Shown piece by piece: positions 1 through 11,247 of a stretch of DNA of 64,000 nt (its first letter is position 1; the number at the start of each line of letters is the position of its first letter). This DNA is from Anthoceros angustus. Taxonomy: Eukaryota > Plantae > Anthocerotophyta. The notes below the pieces were generated by a model that saw only the letters and a program-made list of their open reading frames with translations, did no database searches and was not told the origin of the DNA. Location of the stretch: positions 1 to 64,000 of the forward strand of contig MU008159.1 of the NCBI GenBank assembly GCA_010909165.1, given 5' to 3'. The position numbers and the translations under genes were made by a program.

Positions 1-2100
1 GGCCAGGCACACGGGAAAGCCCGAAGAAAGACCGGCCCATGATCACTATGGTGATTAGAAACCATGGAGGGAGGGCGCGTAGCCGCGCTAACCTCAACTG
101 AAAAGGCGAAGCTGAGTGAGCAAGCAGTCGAGCCGTGAGGAGGCATCGGAGGTCAGCACTCGAGATCGGGGACCTCGTGCAGTGCGAGGAGTGAAGAGGC
201 GGCGGGGGCAGGCTGAAGGACAGGTTGCAACTCAGAGGCACGAGCGCGCAAGGGTTCTCAACAAGAGAATCAAGACTTGAGCGAGAGATAGAATGCCTCC
301 ACTCCAAGACGGAGGAGAATGGCGGCAGTGCAAAGTTCACGGAGCGAGGCTGCAGGAGATGGCGAAGTCGAGAGTCGAGCAGGGATACCGCCCGCCAGAG
401 AAGAATGGCGGACCTCAGGAAAGAGTGAGCGGAGGAGGAAAGCACTGGAGAAGCAATGGCTGCCATCCGGTTCACGAGGCAGGAGGGAGCTCGGCTCCAT
501 GGCCCATAAGTGGCGGGCTGGAACAACGGGAGGTGGGAATGTCGGGCGTGAAGGCTGCAAGAGGAATGAGGCAGCCTTGGCGGCCTCAAGGGAGTGCCCG
601 CCTCACAGTGGTAAGCTTGGCCGGGAGGCCGGCGAGGGCGACATGCCCAGTGCAGCACCTCCTGGAGGAGGGAGTGGGGCTCCGCTCTGGAAGAGGCGAT
701 TGACAAGTCGATTCCGACTTACGCTTACTACCACGCAGCTCCTCAAGGCTGCAGGTCTGCGCCACCCTAGGCGGGAGGTGGACTTCAGAAGGGTCGGAAG
801 GAGGAGTGAGGACGGACCGGGGCAGTGTGACCACGGAGCCCTAGGAGGTTTGGCTGGCGGCAGCGAGGAGAGGCGGCGGGAGGAGCCGGGAGGAGGAAGG
901 GTCGCTACGGAGGTAAGCACTCGGCACCCTCACACATGGAAGGAAGGAGGCGGATCACAGGGAGGTGGAAAGGCAGCAGGGGCATTGAGAACCAAGGAGG
1001 GCTCGATGGATGAGCCGTGACAGCCCGGTGAGGAGGCGAGCCGAGCAGGTCGGGACTTTGTCCAGGACTCTGAGCCGGATCCAGTCAGGCCCCCGAGGAA
1101 ATCCGGACTTAGAGATCCAGACTCTAGTGGGATCCGGACCACGAGGTCCGGACTCGAGGAAGGGTTGGGTCGGAGGACCCGAGGCAAGTCGGACCCCGAG
1201 TCCGGACTCGAAAGAAGGCCGGACCAGGGGCCGGACCCCGGAGGAAGACGGACCTAGAGGTCAGGACTCGAGTCGGGGCGGTCTTGAGGTCCAGACTAGA
1301 GTGGGGAGAGCCACCAATCACGGCCCAAGATCCGGCCCTTGGAGGCCCATTGCGCGAGGCCCTTGAGAGATAAGAGGAGGCGAGGAGGACTTAGTGGTGG
1401 CCATGTTGTCGAGGCCGCCATGGGTGGCGCGGCTGCAGACCCTCGGGAAGGAAGGGTCCCGCCTGATCATCCGATTAGGTGCGCCCGCGATGTCGAGCTC
1501 GGCTTTGGGCGCGGTGCCAAGAAGGAACCGGGGCCATCCCACCACCGGCAAGGCGGCGATAGGAGGAATAGGGAGGATAGTAGGCGGCGGTTAGGGCACC
1601 TGGTTTCGGCTCGAATAGAGGTGTAATAAAGGCGCCAACCTTGCGTAGTATAAGAGTGAGGCAGCTGCAGATAAATCATCTTCTCTTGGTGTTGATGCAG
1701 CGTTTTCTTCGCGACCTTTGTGTGTCTTCTTGCTAACGTGAGTCCCGAGTCAACGGCGGGCACGGCGACCCGGGAGGCGGTCAAGGTCACGGTGACCCCT
1801 AGCGTGGTGGTGTGTGCGGGGAGGCGGCTGGGACCCTTGTTCGTCGGGCGGCCCGGCGGGCCGTGGCCAGAAGCCGGAGGAACTCGGGAGGCGTGAGCCG
1901 GACGGAGGCCGGTTGGCGGCGAGGAGGAGGTCCGGTGTGTAGCCACTTGCGTTCTTTCCCAAAGTTGATGAGTGTAGTAGAATGGTGAGAGGAATCTGGA
2001 CTAGAGGAACAAGTGACGGCGTGAACGATCTGGACAAACGGTCCTTAAACGCGTTTACACACCGGCCCGTTTTCATGAACGCGTTATGAGAAGTTAGGGC
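1..2100 (+). mobile_element. Partial copy of the Gypsy 'family A' coiled-coil ORF plus LTR-like segment, inverted relative to 6065-8400
   Basis: 1610-2100 is a diverged reverse complement of about 6065-6560 (e.g. ttctcttggtgttgatgc, gtccttaaacg, same TATA-like tataag). 620-830 matches the reverse complement of about 7480-7700 (acaagtcgattc, gctcctcaagg, gcgccaccct). Truncated before the LTR end. Confidence 0.8.
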
Positions 2101-2149
2101 GCAAAACGACTTCATCGCTCGGTGGTCTTCTCCCTTGCCCTCGTCCTCC

Positions 2150-5100
2150 TGACCAGGCGGCCTCACTGAAACAATTGACCACCTCCGCCTCCAAAAGCGT
2201 CCCTCCTAGTCCATTTCTTCTTGGACCACGAGATTTTTGGGAAGGGTATGCCATCCGTATCCTCGCGTTCATCGTCCCCATCTTGCGGAGGTGTACCCTC
2301 CATGGTGCTTACCGTTTCCCCGGGATGTGTCCTTGCTCCGGAGTGATCGCTACCGCCTTCCTTCCCTTACCTCGCACGGATCGATCGGGTTTCAAGTGGA
2401 TCTCCTTCCAAAGTGTAGTTTTTATGCGAGCGAGTCGCCCAGGACGCCCAATACCTCGTACCCCGGAGGTCAGCGGGCTTGATGACCACGAAGTCAACGT
2501 GTAGGGTGCCCCTACTATGGTTGCTTGGACTCCGGACAACTCCCCGGGCCGTGACATGTCCGCCATCACAGGGGTTTTGGTGGATGGCTCAAATCTTGTG
2601 AACCCCGCCTTGCGGTGGCCTCCGTGATGAGGTTGACTCCGATCACATGTCCAGTGCGTTTTATCACGCACCCCGCGATTTCCACCTGAACCACCGGCGC
2701 TCCGGGGTCCGTATGAGATACCACTCTTACCTCCACGTTTTTGGTCTTACGACCTGAGGCATTTCGGCATGGTTGTGTCTCCTTGATGGCCCTCCGGACT
2801 TCCTGCCGATACTTCGGGTTGTCTCTTAACAGCTGTCTAAGTGACACCAGGTGCTGTTGGTTCATTATCAAGTCCGCCACCTTGAAAGGCGTGGGCGGCT
2901 CCTTCGTTGGGTTGCGTGTCCGCCGTGATTCTTCTAGCCCTTGTCCGCCCGTGGTATTGGGACCACCTCGTCTGCGGATCTCCTCCTGAAGCATCTCCGT
3001 CACTTCACGAACCACATCCGGTGGAAACTGGGGTGTTGCCTTGGGTGGGACCGTTCCTTTTGCTATCGCCTTAGGGAGTTTCTTCTCGGGTGATTCCTCT
3101 CGCAGAGCTGCCCGATCCAACTCGCCTTCCTTGGCTGGCTCCCCCTCCTTCGCGAGGGGCCCGTCCTCCGTATCCGTGGTGCTCTCTCCATTCTTCTTCC
3201 TCTTTAGCTGTCTTCTCTCCTTCCGCTCCTTCCGGCGGCTTTGGGTTGACACCTCCAGTACCTCCAGGGCTACCTTCTCCTCCTTAGCCGAACCCGCCTC
3301 GTGCCACTCCGCCCCAAGTTCCCTTGGCGCCTCCTCCCACTCCGCCAGCTGTGCATCTTCAATCGCCAGGCGGCCTTAGGGAGGGCGTGGCTCCCAACCC
3401 AGTGTGGCGTGGCAAATCCTTGAGCGAGGTTCGGACACAGTCTTGCCCGCCATGTGTCACGCACCTGCAATCCCCCGCGTTCAAAATCCCTTGCCAGTGG
3501 GTATGGACATGCGTTGGAGTAGTGCCGGGGTTCCCATAGTTCCAGCAGACCACCGCCGGAGAATTCCGGGAGTGCTACCACTCTTACCTCCATCGCTTTT
3601 GGTCTTACGACCCGAGGCATTTTTCGGCATGGTTGTGTCTCCTTGATGGCCCTCCCATCTCGCCGATACTGCCGGGTTGTCTCTAACAACCGCCTAAGTG
3701 ACACCATTGTGCTGTCAAGTTTGATGGTTCATTATCAAGTCCGCCACCTTCAAAGGCATTAGGCGGCTCCTTCACGTTGGGTTGCGTGTCCGGGGCCGTG
3801 ATTCTTCTAGCCCTTCGCCACCGCCTCCTGTGGGTGGGCTTGGGACCACCCGTGTCCCTATCGGATCTCCAAGCATCTCCTGGCCACTTCACACGCAACC
3901 ACATCCCGGTGGAAATCAGTGTTGCCTTGGGTGGGACCGTTCCTTTTGCTATCGCCTTAGGGAGTTTCTTCTCGGGTGATTCCTCTCGCAGCCCAGCTGC
4001 CCGATCCAACTCGCCTTCCTTGGTATCGGCTCCCCTCCTTCTCGCGAGGGGCCCGTCCTCCGTATCCGTGGTGCCTTCTCATTCTTCTTCCTCTCTTTAG
4101 TCGCCTTCTCTCCTTCCGCCTCCTTCCCAAGCCGGTTTTGGTTGACACCTCCAGTACCTCCAGTGGCTACCTTCCTCCCAGCCGAACTTAGCCGCCACCC
4201 GCCACCCCAAGTTCCTTGGCGCTCCTCCCACTCCGCCATTTGTGCATCTTCAATCTGTGAGGCACCTTAGTAGCGACCTTAGAAATTTGGTGATCGTGGC
4301 TCCCCAACCGGCAGTGTGGCGAGGAGCACCGCTCCTGAGTTGCGAGGGGTTCGACACTGATGCACGCCCGCCATGTGTCTCCGGGTCACAGTAATCCCCC
4401 GCATGGGCATTCAAAATCCCCTGTTACCCATTGCAACGAGGTGAAAGTGGGTATGGACATGCGTTGGAGTAGTTGCAGGGTTCCCATAGTTCCAAAGCAC
4501 CACCGCCTCGGAGAATTCCCTTTGGGAGTCGCCCCATGCGGATCGCAGCCGAGGCAATGGCGTATGGATGGTCCTACCACCGTAGGGTACATCATTTTTT
4601 GGATATCATGCGTCCTTGTGCAGTAAGCTCTCGTGACTTCACGCTGGCGTCCTCCCACGCCTCCTGACTCTTCCCAAAGAGTCGATCGTACTCCACTTGG
4701 GTCCTGAGGGGCGGTTAGCCTTCTGAATGCCCATATGCCGATGGTGGCACACCGCTGCAAGTAGATAGGTCTCGAGGACCGTGGTGGCTGCTTTCACCGC
4801 TTCTATCCTTCACCGTTGGTTGATCACAAGTTCTTCCACCTTCTTCGTCATACCTGCTCCAGGATCTTCCCTCAATCCCACCGCTTCCTTCGAAGGGCTG
4901 GATCAAAGTGAATCAAGCACGGGGCCTGCATCGCGCCACCTCCTTTTTTCTCGACCCTCGCCACCTCCTCCGCTCACCTACCAGCTTCTTCTTCTTATTT
5001 CTTGTTGAGGTTCCTCCTCTTCTATAGAAACCTCGGATTCTTCTTCGGAGATCTCCTCCTCTTCCGTCAGTAGCCCTGGCTTTCTCGTCCTCCTCTTCCC

Positions 5101-5672
5101 GAGGGGCTCTTCATCCCTGGGATTCCCGAGCACCCCGCCTCTTCTTTTCTTCTTCCTCGCTCGGGCGTCCTCCCCGCCCTTCGGTTGGTGCATCGATTCT
5201 TGGTAGTTCCCGCCGCCTTTGACCGCTTTTACTTCACATCCTTCGCTGAAAGGGAAAGAAGCCACATGCCAATATTGGCTTGGGGCAAGCCGTCACGAAC
5301 CATCGCGGCGCACTGCATGGTGGTGTGGGGTGGCGTTGGGTCCCGGAGGGCGTAGACCGCTCGATGTACGATCCCAACTTCTCCTGGCCTTGCCTCGGGC
5401 CAGATTCTCGAGCTAGAGTTGTGACGGCCTTCCTACAGTCCGATTCCACGAAACCTCTCCAGAAGGCATCCTTCGGGTAAAGGTCGCGGGGGCGTTGGGG
5501 TGCGGTACTTCCTCCGTACCATGCCGCGTTCCCGAAGAACCCAACAAGAATGAGCAGGCGTCCAGCCACCGCGTTGAAGTTCGCTCGGGACACGAAATCC
5601 TCCAAAGGTTTCGCATCCCGCTCTTTTTTCCCCCCAAAGAGGGAGTATGCTTGCTTTGTCGATCGTTGCCAT
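2150..5672 (-). mobile_element. Ty3/Gypsy gag-protease region, frameshifted, cut off before RT
   Basis: ATG at 5672 (MATIDKASILPLW), retrotransposon-gag motif RQGQEKLGSYIER (about 5350), CCHC knuckle reconstructed across a 1-nt shift as CWNYGNPGHYSNACP (about 3500-3550 and 4450-4500), retropepsin-like PVVQVEIAGCVI..GVNLITEAT..GFTRFEPSTKT..MADMS (2400-2720). Confidence 0.85.
2716..4520. repeat. Direct tandem duplication of about 0.86-0.95 kb inside gag
   Basis: taccactcttacctcca..ggtcttacgacc at about 2716 and 3576; gtgggtatggacatgcgttggagtag at about 3497 and 4448. Copies differ largely by small indels. Confidence 0.9.
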
Positions 5673-5901
5673 CGCGACCAGCGTTGGTTGAAACGCCTCC
5701 CTCGCCGACTTTGTACTACGTCCTCCTCTCGACAAATCTACCAAGACTTACCTCCCATTGGTATCCTCACGTTGAGCTCTCACGGGCACCTCAGGCGCTC
5801 TGGCGGTCACAACGTCCGGCTCACTCAGCAATTCATCCTTGACTACCTCCGTCCTCCACGCATCCACACTTACCTTCCCACTAGGCTACGGAGCGATCAA
5901 C

Positions 5902-5919
5902 TCCCCCCAGCAGGCGCCA
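5902..5919 (-). other. Primer-binding site of the family A Gypsy element
   Basis: Minus strand reads GTCGCCACA-ttt-TGGCGCCTGCTGGGGGGA: an LTR-end CA followed 3 nt later by a TGGCGCC-type PBS, upstream of gag. tRNA isotype not assigned. Confidence 0.8.
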
Positions 5920-5922
5920 AAA

Positions 5923-8422
5923 TGTGGCGACTTTCCAACGGCCAGCCAAGCGCGCGCACAATCCGTGTGTTGTAGTAAGGGGTCCGCTCCCAAGAGATAG
6001 GCTCCGTTTGCCACGTTCAATCGTTTCTCACATCACGCGATTGTTTGAGACTCAAACACATTCATCATTTACTAACTACCCGTAGCGTTCACCGAGCGGG
6101 CGTGGCCAAACGTTTAAGGACCTTCGCGTCCGTATCATTCAAGTTTGTCACTCGTTCTAGTCCGTTCCTCACCACTCACACTACACTCATCGTCTTGAGA
6201 AAACGCGGGTGGTATGCGGTCCGGACCTCCTCGCCGCCTGCCAGCCTCTCCGTCCGGGCTCTGCCCTCCGGAGTTCCTCCGGCTCCACGTTCCCGTTCGT
6301 GGCCAGCGGGCGGCTGCTCAGACGACAAGGGTCCCCCTCTTCCTGCACCACCACACGTTAGGGTCCGTCACGGGACCTTGATCCCGTCTCTCGCCATCAG
6401 CTTGCTCGGACTCGGGACTCACGTTAGCTAGCAGAAGCGCACAAGTGCACAAGAAAACGCGCATCAACACCAAGAGAAAGATACTTTACTAGAGCAGCCT
6501 CAGCCCTCTTATATACTACGGCGAAGGCTTTATTACACTCTAATTCCGAGTGAGGTAGCCACTCGATCGTCGCCTACTTATTTTCCTTATTCCGCCCTAT
6601 GCCTCTTGCGGCCTGAAGTGATTGCTCCCTGGTTCCGCCCGGCCTAGCCCAACCCCTAGCCCCGATAACTGCGGGCGCCCCAATGGATGATCCGCGAGGC
6701 GGGCCCCCCCCTCCCCGAGACTCCTGCTGGTGAGCCACAGCCAAGGCGGCCGACAACCCCACCACTAAGTCCTCCTCCCCATCCTCTCTTATCTCACTGT
6801 GGGCCCTTACAGTGGCCCTCTGAAGAGATGGGTCCCAGACGGTGATTGGTGGCCCTTCTACTCCAGTCCATTCCTCGAGGTCCGACTCGACCGAGTCCGA
6901 ACCTCTAGGTCCGGGTCTCTTCCGGGGGTCCGGACCTGGTCCCTTTTCCATCAAGTATCTCCGCTTATCAGCTCCGTCTGGGACACCTCAATCCTCAAGG
7001 AGGGAGGAAGAGCGAGCACTCGGGAAAGGGTTGGTGACCGCTCGAGGCAGGCCGAGAGGCAAGGGCACAGGAGCCGAAGGATCGCCCGTCTCGGGACCTC
7101 GTGGTCCGGACCGCCTCCTGGGGTCCGGCCTCCCGGCCCCGATCTTCGAGTCCTGGACCTCGTGGTCCGGCCTGTCTCTAGAGTCCTGACCTCCCCGAGT
7201 CCAGATTTCTTGAGGAGGCCGACCGAGGTCCGCCTTTCAGTCCACAGTCCCACTGCGAGCATCCGGGCTTGCCCCTCGCTGACTTATCAATGGCTCACCC
7301 ACCGAGCCTCCGTGGTTCCGTGTTTCCCATGCGCCTTCTACGGCCTCCCAGGCCTCCTCCTTCCTTCCGTGGTGGTGTGGAGTGCTCGCAACGACCTTCC
7401 TGCCTGCCCTCGCTCCGCCTCGCGCCCGGCTGCTGTTGTCGCCAAACAGCGCTCCTAAGGTCCTAGGCCGTCTTGTCGGGCCTTCCTCCTCGCCTCCTCC
7501 TTCTCGACCCGTCACTGAAGTCCGCCCACCGAGGGTGGCGCAGAGACCTCAGTGGCCTTGAGGAGCTCCACGTGGTAATAGCAAAGTCCGAATCGACTTG
7601 TTGAATTGCCTCCCTCCACATGGGCCCGAGCACCTTGCATTCTCCTCTCAGGTGCTCCTAAGACTTGGGCATGTTGTCCACTTCGGATTGCTCGCCGCCC
7701 GTGCTCGCCAAAGCCGGGCACTCCCTTGATGCCGCCAAGGCGGCTCCGACACTTCCCTGCGGCACTTTGCCGCCGACGCCTCTCCTCCCTTTGTCGTTGT
7801 AGCTCCACCCGCTTTGGCCATGGAGCTTTGCTCCCTCCCACCTTCCGCAATCGGACAAGCCCTCTGCCTCCTCCAAAGCCCTCGCCCTCCGTTTCATCCC
7901 TTACCGAGGTCCGCCACTTCCTTCTCAGGCCAGGCGTATCTCCGCCCGCCCGCTTCCTCCAGCTCCTTCTTCACCGCGACGCTCCAACTCTTGATCGCCA
8001 CCTATTCTCCTCCGCCTTCAAGCAAAGCCGGAAACGCCTATCTCCTCAGTCTTGGATTCTCCGCTGAGAATCCCGTGTTGACGCCTTTGGAGTTGCTGCA
8101 GCCCAGGTGTCCTTGCCGCCAAATTGGCCACCGCCGCCTCCTCCGCACCGATCTTGAGGTCCCCATTTCGGCTGTTTCTCCTTCACGGCTCGCCCATTCG
8201 CCACAGCGCCACGTAACCTTGACGGGCTTCCGATGAGGGGCGGACGCGGAGGCGTCACGCGGCCGAGGCAGTCGAGGCCGTGGGCCAGACCGTTCTGTGC
8301 GCCGACGCCGTCCGTTCCACTGGCGTGAGGCGGCGGAGTGGGGCCGAGGCCACTCATTTGAGCCAGGCGGCGGGTAGGTGAACATATAGACTTGGTGCCT
8401 AAACCACCCATCTTATATGTCA
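5923..8422 (-). mobile_element. Family A LTR plus upstream coiled-coil ORF region
   Basis: Ends in CA at 5923 next to the PBS; TATATAA on the minus strand at 6509-6515; begins TGACATATAAG at 8422 against unrelated AT-rich DNA; frameshifted E/R/K/A-rich ORF at about 7450-8300. A purine tract (agaggatggggaggagga, about 6770-6790) may mark the true LTR start. Confidence 0.75.
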
Positions 8423-11247
8423 TTTCTCTCTCTCTTGATCATTTTCTGCATTCATCGTTTTGAATCCTTTTACAGAGCATTACCTTTGTCGTAAGGTAAT
8501 TCAAATAGTTTTAAATTCTACTCATCTTCTATTGGAGTAGATGGAGTGTAAAATGGTTCAGTTGCCTTCTCTTGAGAATGTACTTTTGAGCTGCTGATTG
8601 TATGGTCCAGATAAATGTATAATCATTTGAATATTTCATCAAGCGAGAATATTTCGCAATTTAAACCATTGTCGAATTCATATATAAAACATATTGTTTT
8701 TCCAACTTTAGTACTCACCTCAAAGAGTGAAAACAACTCGTTTGATTCTCCGATAACTACAAACAAAAAGTAAAAGTAATTAGTCATTTACCTCCATTTC
8801 AATTCGGCCCTACTATCTATGCCTCTTCGGCGTACTGGAATGAAGTGGGATTCTCCCTGGTTCCGCCTCGGCGCTAGCGGCCCAACCCCTAGCCCTCTGG
8901 CTAACGCTGCCTTGGCGCCCCTAATCTGGATGATCCATGAGGCGGGCCCCCACCCTCCCCGAGACTCCTGCCAGTCGAGCTACCTACGGGCCAAGGCCCT
9001 CGACAAGCCACTCACACCACTAAGTCCTCCTCCCCATCCTCTTTTATCCTTATCTGTGGGCCCTTATGCATGTGAGCCCTCTAAGAAGATGGCAGACAAA
9101 TGCCCACAGACGGTGATTGTGCCCTTGGTGGCTCGGCTTCCTGAGTCCACAGTCACGGTGAGGTCCGAGTCTCGACCGTCGAGTCCAGAACCTCTAGGTC
9201 CGCCTGGTCTCTTCTTCGCGAGGTCCTGACTGGTCCTGGTCGTCTTCCCCACTGTCATATCTCCGTTTATCAGCTCCACGGCCTGGGACACCTCAATCCC
9301 TCCTCAAGGAGGGAGGAAGAGCGAGCACCGGGAAAGGGTTGGTGACCCCGCTGAGGCACGGCTGAGAGGCAAAGTGCACGAGGAGCCGAAAGGGCGCCAC
9401 TGCCCCAGGACTCGACCTCAGGTCCGGACTCGCCTCCTGGGGTCCCGGCTCTTTCGCCCTCAGCTCTTCCTTTCTGCAGTCGGACCTGACCTCGTGGTCG
9501 GCGGTCTGTTTCCTCTAGAGTTCTGACCTCCCCGAGTCCGGACTTTCTTCAGGAGGCCGACCGAGGTCCGAGCCTTTTTCAGGAGTCCCACAAAATTGGG
9601 ACTTCATGAGCATTTATCCGGAGCTTGCCCCTCGCTTTGGACTTATCAATGGCTCACCTGGCACCGAGCCCCTCCTGTGTCCAAGTGGTTCTCTGCATGT
9701 TTCCCGGATACGCCCCTTTCTCGGCCTCCCAGGCCTCCTCCTTCCTTCCGAGTGGTGAGGTGTGGAGTGCTTACCTCCTCGGCCAAGAACGACCTTCCTG
9801 AATCTCAAGGCCCCGCCTCCAGCCTACCGGCCCGGCTGCTGTCACAAACAGCGGCGCTCCTAAGGTCCTAGTGGCCGTGGCCGCCTCGAGGCCTTCCCCG
9901 CTCCTCCTTCTCGACCCGTCCCCGAAGTCCGGCCCACCTCGCCGAGGGTGGCGCAGAGACCTCAGTGGCCTTGAGGAGCTCCACGCAGGTAATGAGCAAA
10001 GTCCGAATCGACTTGGAAGAATTGCCTCCCTCCACATGCATGGCCCGGAGACTCCTGCACTTCTCCTCCTGCAGGTGCTCAAGCGCACTTGGGCATGTTG
10101 TCCGACTTGCTGATTGTCTCCGCCGCCCGCTCGCCAACCGCCGGGCACACTCCCTTGATGCCGCCAAGGCCTCCGACACTTCCCGCGGCACCTTTGCTGC
10201 CGCTGCGCGGCCCTCCTCCCTTTGTCGTTGTAGCTCCACCCGGTTGGCCATGGAGCTTTGCTCCCCCCGCCTTCCGCAATCGGACAACGTACCTCTCGCT
10301 CCTCCTCCAAAGCCCTCGTCCCTCCCATTCACCGGAGGTCCGCCACTCCTTCCTTCTCCAGGCGGCGTATTCTCGCCCGCCCGCTTCCTCCAGCTCCTTC
10401 TTGACTGGCGTCCCAACTCCTTGGATCGCCACCTATTCTCCTCCGTCTTCAAGCAAAGCTGGAAACGCTCTATCTCTGCTCGAGTCTTGGATTCTCCGGT
10501 TGAGAATCCGTGTTGTTCGGACGTCTTGGAGTTGCGCCCAGGTGTCTCAGCCGCCCTTGGCCACCGGCTCCGCTTCGCACTGCCCGGAGGTCCCCTATTT
10601 CCGGTCTGGCCCCATTCTCCTTCACGGCTCGCCCGTGCGCTTCGTTCACCGCCACATGTTCGGCCTTCACGATTAGACGACGCTGGCGAAGGCGGCCGAA
10701 CGGCCGAGGCCGTGAGGCCGAGACTGCCGAGGCCGCGGCGCCCGACGCCGCTCCCTCGGCGTAAGGGAGCGGCCGAGTCCGGGGCCGACGCGCCCCGATC
10801 GCAGCATCGAGGCCGAGGTCCGTGAACTCAGAGACTTGGTGCCTAAACCACCCGGCTTATATGTCATTTCTCTCTCTTACTATTTTCATTGCTTTTTCCT
10901 TTTACACAAGAAAAGCATTACCTTTCCCACGTCGTAAGGTAATTCAAATGATTTTGGTAAATTCTACTCATCTTCTATTGGAGTAGATGGAGTGTAAAAT
11001 GGTTCGTGCCTTCTCTTGAATAGTACTTTTGAGCTGCTGATTGTATGGTCCATAAATGTATAATCATTTCAATATTTCATCCAAGCGAGAATATTTCGCA
11101 ATTTAAACCATTGTCGAATTCATATATAAAACATATTGTTTTAACTTTAGTACTCACCTCAAAGAGTGAAAACAACTCGTTTTGATTCTCCGATAACTAC
11201 AAACAAAAAGTAAAAGTAATTAGTCATTTACCTCCATTTCAATTCGG
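6595..11247. repeat. Direct tandem duplication, units about 6595-8806 and 8808-11247
   Basis: Both units start with ctatgcctct..ctccctggttccgcc and end with agtcatttacctccatttcaattcgg. Each includes the TE/AT-rich junction (atatgtcatttctctctc at about 8416 and 10860). Confidence 0.92.

Noticed and set aside
1-8422. DIRS-like element with inverted terminal repeats, or a fold-back read artefact
   Set aside because: A PBS and an aspartic protease indicate an LTR element and no tyrosine recombinase is seen; the 3.9-kb spacer is not palindromic, unlike fold-back chimeras.
6799-10825. Long plus-strand ORFs (6799-7458, 9965-10825 and others)
   Set aside because: Antisense shadows of GC-rich TE sequence; not preserved in frame between the duplicated copies.
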